Assembly: GCA_965197525.1 (NCBI GenBank)
Contig: OZ240211.1
Location: 1 to 64,000 of the forward strand
Direction of reading: 5' to 3'
Length of the DNA: 64,000 nt
DNA from: Nitrosopumilus sp.
Lineage (GTDB): Archaea; Thermoproteota; Nitrososphaeria; Nitrososphaerales; Nitrosopumilaceae
This document shows, in pieces, positions 30,169 to 39,400 of the stretch; within the stretch, counting starts at the first letter, position 1, and every line of letters begins with the position of its first letter. The notes under the pieces were generated by a model that saw only the letters and a list, made by a program, of their open reading frames with translations, searched no databases and had not been told where the DNA came from. The position numbers were made by a program, and so were the translations under genes.

Positions 30169-30663
30169 ATGCTAAAATATTCTCGAGTGGTAAAAGATCC
30201 TAAAATGTTTAAATCAATTACTGGAATTAGTGTAAAACAATTTAATCTCTTATACTCTGACATCGAAAGACAATACGTCAAGGAAGAATCTAAAAGACTT
30301 ACAAAAAGAAAGAGGTATAGAAAGGTTGGCGCTGGCCGTAAATTTAATTTGGAATTAAAAGATCGTGTTCTGATGACTCTGATGTATTATAGAATGCACA
30401 CTAGTCATGATATTTTAGGATTGTTATTTGATCTGGATAATTCTAATGTGTATAGAAATATCACATACATAAAACCCATGATTGAATCCCACACTTCCAT
30501 GCCTGCTAAGAAATATCCTAAATCAGACAAGGCAATAACTATACATGATTTACTGACAAATTTCCCTGAATTTAGAATAATTACTAGTGCATTGAAAAGA
30601 TCAATATTTGGATCTAAGAATCCTGACAAGCAACGCATAACTCACTATAACAAACGTGCATAA
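30169..30663 (+). CDS. Transposase-derived HTH protein (IS5/ISL2-type N-terminus, no DDE domain)
   Basis: FKSITGISVKQF, GAGRKFNL, RVLMTLMYYR, LGLLFDLDNSNVYRNI. Confidence 0.65.
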   Translation: MLKYSRVVKDPKMFKSITGISVKQFNLLYSDIERQYVKEESKRLTKRKRYRKVGAGRKFNLELKDRVLMTLMYYRMHTSHDILGLLFDLDNSNVYRNITYIKPMIESHTSMPAKKYPKSDKAITIHDLLTNFPEFRIITSALKRSIFGSKNPDKQRITHYNKRA

Positions 30664-31417
30664 CCCAAAAATAAAGACCCGTTTCGTTTATTAGTTAGTT
30701 TGTATGTTGTATTCTTTATGTGTTGTAATAAGGATATCCTGGTGCCTCATTATTCTGTTCTGTTATATTATTCCATGTCACTTGTATAGTATATACAAAT
30801 AGTCTTATTTAATTTTGAAACTCTGTTATGTGAAATAGTACATTGCATATTTTATACATTTATTCTATTTTTATTAATTGATTTTTAAACCATATGTTCT
30901 ATCATCATCATCATCATCTTATTATTGATCCATAAATTGTTTTTATACTCAAATATGTCATGTGATATGCTTTTGAATTTCCATCAAAAATGACTTAAAT
31001 CTCTAAAGTTATCCTTCTGATGGTTAATTACATGATTTGGTCTAGAAAAGTATCTTCTTTGCTGTTTGGATGCGCAAATATTTTTCTATTATCTAGAGTA
31101 CGTTGTTATGTTAAATTAAAAAACAAGTCAGTACAGTCGCAAAAAATTACTTGCATAACTCTACATAATTATAGCTCTGCTCTATAGTGTCCAATTATCT
31201 ATTTTTTTGTATGTTCGGCTAGATGATCTAAATTTCCTGGTATTGACTATTTTTTCTACAGTAATTATTTGCAATGTATGCATTCGTATTTGGCGCTTCT
31301 CTTAACACAAAAAATTAGTATTCTTGTAAATCATATCTGGACTAAAGTGCGACATAGGCACGTCATTGACATGACGCAATCTTTATAAACAACCAATTAG
31401 TAAATCTTAAATATCAC

Positions 31418-32347
31418 ATGGAAGATTCTGATAGAAAAATGGTTAAACAATCCAATTTAAATCTAAAATGTCAAAGATGTGCAAATAATACGTTAGTAAC
31501 CGATGCTAACACGGGTGAAAATTTCTGTAGCAGCTGTGGATTTGTAATTAATGACAAGGTAGAAGAATCAGGTCCGGAATGGCGAACATTCTCAAGTGAT
31601 AATGACAATAAAAGTAGGGCTGGTGTGCCAACATCGCTTGCAATGCATGATATGGGATTGGCTACCGTGATTAATCCTCAAAACAGAGATGCTACGGGAA
31701 AGCCTCTGTCTTCATCAATGAAGAGCACTATTGAGAGATTACGTACTTGGGATAGCAGAAGTCAAGTTCATGAGTCAATTGATAGAAATTTTCGACAGGC
31801 ATTTAGTGAATTAGATAGACTAAAAGATAAACTCACCGTAGGTGACTCAGTAATTGAAAAAGCCGCTTACATATATCGCAAGGCACTTGAAAAAGGTCTT
31901 GTCAGAGGTCGTTCTATCTCTACCCTTATTGCATCTGCACTTTATGCAGCGTGTAGATACACTGAGACCCCTAGGACACTAAAAGATATTGGACATGCAA
32001 GCAACGTTAAACGCAAGGATATTGCACGGTGTTATCGTTTATTACTACGAGAGTTAGATCTCAAAATGCCTCTGGTTGATCCTACTAAATGTATTTCAAG
32101 AATCGCAAGTAACGCAGATTTATCCGAAAAGACAAAGCGAAAAGCAACACAAATTTTACAGATCGCAGATGAAAAAAAAATTCTAGCAGGAAAAGATCCA
32201 ATGGGATTAGCAGCTGCCGCACTTTATGTTGCATGTGTGATGTATGGTGAGAGCAAAACACAAAGAGATGTAGCTGAAGCTGCAGGCGTAACTGAGGTCA
32301 CCATTAGAAACCGATACAAAAACCTCAAGGTTGTTTTAAACCTTTAA
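31418..32347 (+). CDS. tfb: Transcription initiation factor IIB
   Basis: Zn ribbon CQRC..CSSCG, GPEWRTF, two cyclin repeats, GKDPMGLAAAALY, VTEVTIRNRY. Confidence 0.96.
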   Translation: MEDSDRKMVKQSNLNLKCQRCANNTLVTDANTGENFCSSCGFVINDKVEESGPEWRTFSSDNDNKSRAGVPTSLAMHDMGLATVINPQNRDATGKPLSSSMKSTIERLRTWDSRSQVHESIDRNFRQAFSELDRLKDKLTVGDSVIEKAAYIYRKALEKGLVRGRSISTLIASALYAACRYTETPRTLKDIGHASNVKRKDIARCYRLLLRELDLKMPLVDPTKCISRIASNADLSEKTKRKATQILQIADEKKILAGKDPMGLAAAALYVACVMYGESKTQRDVAEAAGVTEVTIRNRYKNLKVVLNL

Positions 32348-33344
32348 TGCTTTTTCCGTACAAGAATTTGTTTATAATCAATACACTTATTGAAAATATT
32401 CCTGACGCTAGTAATATTATCTCTATTGTTGCCATAAACGAATGTGAAAATACCTCATCTATAGAAATCGCATTTATCTCTGCAATAAAGTAACCATACG
32501 AGAATACAAAATAGTTTGTGGCCCAATGAATTAACAATGCGGCTACAAACCCGTATCTTAGGTATGCCCAACCTAATATTATTCCTCCTGCCGTTGCTTG
32601 CGCAAATTTGCCCTCACTCCACGACCCTTCAAATATGATGTGAGACATCCCAAACGCAACTCCTACCACAACAATTAGTATAATTGCTTTTTTTGAATTA
32701 TCTATATTCAAAATGTGAGGGTTCCACAGACATCTGATGAAATATTTTATCGATGCTTTTTTTGAATATATCAAAAATAATGGAATTCCAATTAGTAAAA
32801 GACGAAACCCAAATTCCTCTATTAGTGGTGCTAGACTAATATAAAAAAACTGAATCAGGTGATTCTCGGCATCTGCTAGTGGTAGTGGTGGTATGATCTC
32901 TATGCCTAGTAATGAAGTCTGAACTAGGTCAATTATAGCTGAGATCAGTACTAGTATTGAGAGCCATTTTGTCACGCCTACCATATAGTTTAACTGAACG
33001 TGTGACTGTTGTTGCTCTCCTCGGGATATTATTCCAGAGAGTGTCTTTAGAAATCTCTGCCTCGGACCTAGTACTGCAATAACAAAAACTACAAGATAAA
33101 ACATCCATAAAACGACAAACGCGTCGCCAACACTGACGTTAATTGGTATCTGTTGTAGTATGGTGTCATTAAACAGGTGCAAGTCAGTAAATGGATATTC
33201 GTAATTGATATCTCCTCCTATCTCACTCTCAAAGACAACATAGATTCCTACCGGAAACGAGACTAGCAACAACCCAAAAACTACCGATAGTAGTGCAGTA
33301 AACGGAATCCCGATTAATTGGATTGAATTGTTTAAACTTTGCAA
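32325..33344 (-). CDS. CPBP (CAAX protease-like) intramembrane metalloprotease
   Basis: APLIEEFGFR, FGMSH, LIHWATN in a multi-TM protein. Confidence 0.85.
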   Translation of the reverse strand: MQSLNNSIQLIGIPFTALLSVVFGLLLVSFPVGIYVVFESEIGGDINYEYPFTDLHLFNDTILQQIPINVSVGDAFVVLWMFYLVVFVIAVLGPRQRFLKTLSGIISRGEQQQSHVQLNYMVGVTKWLSILVLISAIIDLVQTSLLGIEIIPPLPLADAENHLIQFFYISLAPLIEEFGFRLLLIGIPLFLIYSKKASIKYFIRCLWNPHILNIDNSKKAIILIVVVGVAFGMSHIIFEGSWSEGKFAQATAGGIILGWAYLRYGFVAALLIHWATNYFVFSYGYFIAEINAISIDEVFSHSFMATIEIILLASGIFSISVLIINKFLYGKSIKGLKQP

Positions 33345-33350
33345 TTTGTT

Positions 33351-33686
33351 TTAGTGTAGTTCGATTGTCTCCTCTGCAAATCCTAAATTAATCAAAGTCT
33401 CTTTAATTGAGTCTCTATGATCTCCCTGTAAGAAGATATAACCTTCCTTTGCAGTTCCACCACAGGCATACTTATTTTTGAGCTCTTTTGCCACAGTTTC
33501 TAGATTGTTTAATTTTGGATCCAATCCTTCTATCATGGTCCCTTTTTTTTTGAATCGTCTCGTCTCCAATCGAATAATAATTTTAGTACTATCTTTGGCT
33601 AATTCACCACAAGCACACAGATCTTCTGGTAAGCCACAAGTATTACAAATTACTGCCATCGGTTCTAAATAAATACAACTAATCAT
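33351..33686 (-). CDS. sui1: Translation initiation factor SUI1/aIF1 (likely start 33659)
   Basis: CNTCGLPEDLC, KELKNKYACGGTAKEGYIFLQGDHR. Confidence 0.95.
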   Translation of the reverse strand: MISCIYLEPMAVICNTCGLPEDLCACGELAKDSTKIIIRLETRRFKKKGTMIEGLDPKLNNLETVAKELKNKYACGGTAKEGYIFLQGDHRDSIKETLINLGFAEETIELH

Positions 33687-33747
33687 ACTATTAAGTCTTC
33701 TTTGCCTACTGAAGGGAATTACATACTTGGATTACATTATACGTCAC

Positions 33748-33757
33748 TTATATATAA
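33748..33757 (+). promoter_or_regulatory. TATA box, reconstructed original tnpB promoter
   Basis: TTATATATAA would lie at about -29 to -20 from ATG 50600 once 33773-50595 is removed. Confidence 0.55.
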
Positions 33758-33772
33758 TACACAGACTATTAA

Positions 33773-35092
33773 CAGTTAACCCAAATGTCTCAAATTTGCC
33801 TGTTTTAAACACTATAAATCGTAAAAGCTATAAGACACTTCAAATGATATTGCATAGTGAACACAAACCACCTGAAGCGCAATATTAAAAATAACATACG
33901 CCTATTTCAAGATACCATTTCTGAGATCCAAACACAAGTGGAACCCTGTGTTCACATATCCAAGGCTGCCAACGCCACATATGATATCACGCATTTTATT
34001 ACCTGTATGATGAATGGTACTCTGAATGATGCATCTGTAAGTGGAAAGGCAGGCGATACACGTTTTGTAGGTGATGACCACTGCAGGCCAAAGGGAACAA
34101 GGCATTATCCCACGGGCGAATGGAACAGACTGATACTTGCCAAGATGAGTAAAAATGAGATTGAGAAATGCCTTGAAGATACGGTTAGAACTCAGATTGC
34201 AGTATTGGACAAAAACAGGTGGATTCCTGACAAAGGCATAGATATAGCGATAGATATGCACAAGATACTCAGGCACGACAAGAAATCAACTGGCGATCTA
34301 ATACATACAAAAGACAAGGGGCACGCAGGATACTATGAGAGATACATAACTGCACAATCAGTCACTTCAGGAATCAGACTGAATCTATGTGCGTATCACA
34401 TGCCTGCACTTGAATCCATAGACAATTTCGTGCGTAAAATCCTCGTTTCATGCCAAAATATTGGAGTCAAGATCAGATATGTCTTACTTGATCGCGAATT
34501 CTTCAACGCCAAAATTCTAGACATGATTGACAAGATGGGATTGTATTACATCACACCATGCAAGAATACGGATACTGTGGTACGATGTATAAGAAAATTC
34601 GATAAAGAGAACGGTCCTGCAGAATCCAAAGTTGAGATCGCAGGATATGATGGTACAGTAGCTGTATACCATATGATCATAGTGACAAGAAAGAAGAGAA
34701 AAAAGATCAAGAATCGCGAGCTCCGGCCGGAGGAGAGATACATCGGATTTTGCTACTAATCAACCCAGTGTAGACGTTGAGATCTATGCCAGCAGATGGG
34801 GCATAGAGACCGGCTACAGAATGTTAGAAAATATTAGAGCCAAAACCAAAAGCAAGAATTCTGCTGCCAGAATGTTCTGTTTTGTGTATTCTCTGTTGTT
34901 TTATAATGCGTGGGTGATGATCAACACGCTCTTATGGCGATCATGCATGGTTGGCTACGCCTAAAAAAACCGATAATCGCGCAGGGGATGATCAAAATAG
35001 CATTGGATAGAACGGTAACGAGATGATAATTCCGCCAGAGCCTCCACCTGACGCGATCTGGCCTTAGAATATGGAGACATTTGGGTTAACTG
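33773..35092 (+). mobile_element. ISH3-family IS, divergent copy (left arm of composite)
   Basis: Perfect 19-bp TIR CAGTTAACCCAAATGTCTC; own flanks ATTAA / ATCTA do not match each other. Confidence 0.9.
33857..35030 (+). pseudogene. ISH3 transposase, frameshifted
   Basis: IAIDMHKI, VLLDREFF; extra T in TTTT at ~34748 separates the YASRWGIETGYR-containing C-terminus. Confidence 0.85.
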
Positions 35093-35194
35093 ATCTATAA
35101 ACTTTATCTTAAATTCTACCATTTCTCGTCTGACATTCGCAAGCGCGCTTTTCAATTCTGCATTTTCTCTTCTCAGATCTGAGTTTTTGGCCAT
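35093..35194 (-). pseudogene. 5' fragment of a coiled-coil gene truncated by ISH3
   Basis: MAKNSDLRRENAELKSALANVRREMVEFKIKFID reads straight into the TIR (QLTQMS). Confidence 0.45.
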
Positions 35195-35380
35195 TTCTGA
35201 CTGTCGCCTTGATCGTTGACTTTATCATATTTGCCTTCCAAAAAACTACTATTTAGTAAGATTAGTTACAAAAATTTGGTAATACACAAAATAACCTACA
35301 TCAAATTTGACATAGAGATGCAACAAACTAATTTTCATGATTTAAACGCCTAAATGACGTGAACGCTTACCATTTTTGCG

Positions 35381-36422
35381 TCATTCCATCACGACAGCAC
35401 GTTGTAGCAGACGCGCCTGAGCAGCGGCCTTTGGACCCGCAGCGTCTTTGCGCAAATCATTGCAGTGAACATGACTTGAACGACGAGAACACGGACTATT
35501 ATACTGCACTGGTGGCACGTCTTCAAACTCTTCGGGGTTATTCTCCTGCCATCTGATCATCTCTGCCCTAGGACTGAATCCCCTTGCGACGTGGTTCTTG
35601 CAGGTGCAGATGACGGGTCTTCTGTCCGAGTCACGGATCATCTCGTAGTTCTTGTGTGCGTCATATCCTGCATCAAGCATCGCGCATCCGGTGCCGTCTG
35701 GAACATTCTCGAATCTCTCTCAGAATATGGGAGAGTCGTGCGCGTATCCTTTGGTGACTGCACAGGAGACGATCTTTCTTCCCTTGGAATCGACGATCAC
35801 GTATAATTTGACGAATTCGCGCCTGAAGACAAGTCCTCCTCTTGGCGTCTTCTTCCCAGTCTGCGTATTGGTTTATGGCAACCCCCGTGGAGTCGCCCAG
35901 AGGGAACCGCGCGCGTGGGATTCTGCCTGCCATTCCATTACTTTGTGCAGCCACCCATAATCTGCGATTACGGTGGCTGCGTGGCGCAGGCAGGATTTTG
36001 ATGGAGCGGTTTTTAATCCATACATGTGCAGTGTTCCCTGATGTGTCTGCAGGTATGAGACATGTTGACGGTATGAATGGCAGTAGAACTCCAGGTCTGT
36101 AAGGCATACCATGTATGGGATCATACGCACCTTGCCAGGGGGGTGTGGCAGATGGGTAGATTTCATACAGCAGGGCAGTGAGGGCCTTGATTTGCAATCT
36201 AGTTACGTGGCCCTCTCCCTCTCCCCCACCACTCCTCCATGTCTCGTATTCCTTGTAGTATCCGGCGGGGCGTTCCCATTTCTCGTCGTTGGGACTTGCT
36301 TTTGCATCGTTTCTTGCTCTTGCTGTGTTTCGTGTTTGTATCACGTTTTTTGTTCATCAAGCGGCGTGCGATCTGATCTTTGAGCTTTTCGCTGATTTTG
36401 AATCAAAAATTTGGACAACGCC
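35381..36422 (-). pseudogene. Degraded IS5-family transposase / IS remnant
   Basis: GDSTG, frameshifted RREFVKLYVIVDSKGRKIVSCAVT..HDS, MLDAGYD; possible end GGCGTTGTCCAA at 36411-36422. Confidence 0.75.
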
Positions 36423-36489
36423 GCTTGTAAATGTAAAAAAAGAATCATCAATGAGATTTTTTAAAATAGTATCTGAAAAACTAGATGCT

Positions 36490-39400
36490 TTAGGTGTTGT
36501 TCCCCATCACGTACTCTAATGCAACTCTAAACTCGTCTAGGGTTATCAGTCCTTTTACCACTAGTGGTGCAAGATCAGTCATGACCCAGGCAGGTATGTC
36601 TGCTCCCATGTGAGTCAGGCCCATAACAGCTAGCAGTTGATTGTCATCTGCTATCTCAGATTCAAATCCAGACCACATGCGCAGTACAAGCAATGCACGG
36701 TCATAGTCTGAGTCATCATCAAAAGTTTCAATCACAGGTTCTGGATTATCAGGTACTGCAGCAGGTGACCGGGGTTCTGGGTTCGCCTCTGCTACTTGGG
36801 GCTCTGGGTCTGCCTCCGTTGTTGCCTGGGGCTCTGGATCTACTTTTGAGGGTATGATGTTTAGCGCATCAACTATTATGACTATTGAAGACTGACGGTC
36901 TGCGTTCCAAGTTCTGATTACCATGTTGGTATTCCCTATCGCATCTGCAAACGTGATATCAAGTGCGACTGTCTTTTTATTGCGATCATCAGGGTCAGTT
37001 GATATAGTGATGGAGGCATCTGAGAACAGGTTATGAGGATCAACTATGTTGGTCTTGCCTCTGTTGTATTCCACGTATGTATCACTGTTCGTGTATGATA
37101 TGTCATCATCTTGCAGGTTCAGGTATACTGCAAAGTAGAGTATGTCAAGTCTGTCGTGTGCCGTAAAACTCATGGATATGGGTTGTTGGTCTACTGCAAC
37201 CTCCAGCGGCGTGGGATGATGGTTTACCCTGTTTTGAACATTGTAACTCTGGCCGTTTATCTCAAGTGTATCCACAGATGGTGGTGGTGCGGTACCTGAC
37301 TTTTTGGACTTGAGCAGTATGGTAGCATCAACAAATGATTCCAAAGGTTTGCCTGACTCGTCTACAACATTGCCTGTACCGCTGTCGTATGAGAGCGTGT
37401 CCCCACGAGACAGTGAACCGTCAAGTAGTAACGTAAGGGTGTTTGTGCCATTTCCGGTGATGGATTCCACTGTGACTGTACTACCAGAAGAAGAGGATAC
37501 TGTAAATCCGTTGAGGCCTGTTCCATTGATTTTGACTGGCTCAGAGAATGTCAGCGTTATAGAAGAGCCAGAGCCCCGTACAGATACAAGACGTGGAGCT
37601 ATGTCATTTACTGTAACTGATACCAGTTCAGATGCTGTGCCACCGTTACCATCCGAGACGGTCACATTAATGGAGTGTACACCGTCCTGGGACTGGTCAG
37701 GCCTCCAAGAGAACGAGCCTTCCCGGGTGATTGATGCACCACGTGGTATGTCCCCGTCAAGTGAGAATCTCAAAGAGTTAGGAGAGCCTTGATATATGTC
37801 GACGTCCCGGGCTGTTGCAGTAAACCTAAGCGTGTCTGTCTCATCTATGGTCTGTGCACCTATGGGATCAAGTCGTGGATTCTGATTTACCTCAGTTACA
37901 GTTATTGTGACGTTTTGCGAGTCTGTGCCTCCGTTACCATCAGAGACCTGTACGGTTATGGTGTGACGGCCATCCTGTGCCTCAGTTGGCGTCCATGAGA
38001 ACACTCCGGTGTTGGTATCCATCGCGGCACCGTCAGGTATCGGCTCGATAAGGGAGTATGTCCGGGCATCGTTATCATCAGGATCAGTTGCTTCAGCAGT
38101 GAATGTGAGGAGTGTAAGCTCATCTCCAGTCTGCGGTGAGATATTATTCAGTACGGGTAACTGGTTGACTGTGTAGGTCTCATTAGAGCCGATCACTGTC
38201 AGGTCAATCAGACTGTTGGTTGCAGTATCCTGTATGTCGTGGTTTTGTGCGATATCCAAGCCGATGGTTCCACTAGCGGTTACTGTGACTGTTACTCGGT
38301 ATGATGCACCGGAACCTGATACGCCAGATATTGTACCTGTACCGGAGCCCGTTACTGTAAAATCGGCATCATCCACATTGGTTACTGGTTCATCAAACGT
38401 GACAGCAAACACCAAGGTGGTATCAGTTGTGGATTGAGCTAGAGGGGTACCACGCAGTATGGAGGCAACGCGGGGCGGAGTGGTGTCTGTTACCGTGACT
38501 GTGTAGGTCTGATCAGAGCCGGTAGGTGCCAAGTTGGCCAAACGGTTGGTTGCGGTATCCTGTATGTCGTGGTTTTGTGCGATATCCAAGCCGATGGTTC
38601 CAACATTATCTACTGTGACTGTTACCCGGTATGATGCACCGGAACCTGATACGCCAGATATTGTGCCGGTGCCGGTGCCTGTTACTGTAAAATCGGCATC
38701 ATCCACATTGGTTACTGGTTCATCAAACGTGACAGCAAACACCAAGGTGGTATCAGTTGTGGATTGAGCTAGAGGGGTACCACGCAGTATGGAGGCAACG
38801 CGGGGCGGAGTGGTGTCTGTTACCGTAGTGCCTGTTACCGTAGTCTCTGTTACCGTGTAGGTCTGATCAGAGCCGGTAGGTGTCAGGTTGGCCAAACGGT
38901 TGGTTGCGGTATCCTGTATGTCGTGGTTTTGTGCGATATCCAAGCCGATGGTTCCAACATTATCTACTGTGACTGTTACTCGGTATGATGTACCGGAACC
39001 TGATACGCCAGATATTGTGCCGGTGCCGGTGCCTGTTACTGTAAAATCGGCATCATCCACATTGGTTACTGGTTCATCAAACGTGACAGCAAACACCAAG
39101 GTGGTATCAGTTGTGGATTGAGCTAGAGGGGTACCACGCAGTATGGAGGCAACGCGGGGCGGAGTGGTGTCTGTTACCGTGGGGGCGGTGGGATCAATAT
39201 CTTTGTTTTGCTCTACTTCCTTGTCAAGATATATGACATTGATGGCGCCGCGGTCTCGCCCGCTGTTATCATCTCGATAAGCACCAACTGCAAGGTCTGT
39301 CACCCCGTCGCCGTCAAGGTCGCCTATGGAAGCAACGGAGACGCCGAAATAGTCACTGTTTGATAGCGTGGGACCGTTTGTAGTGGAGTCGTTTATCTCT

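Noticed and set aside
30901-30918. (ATC)6 microsatellite
   Set aside because: Intergenic low-complexity sequence with no linked feature.
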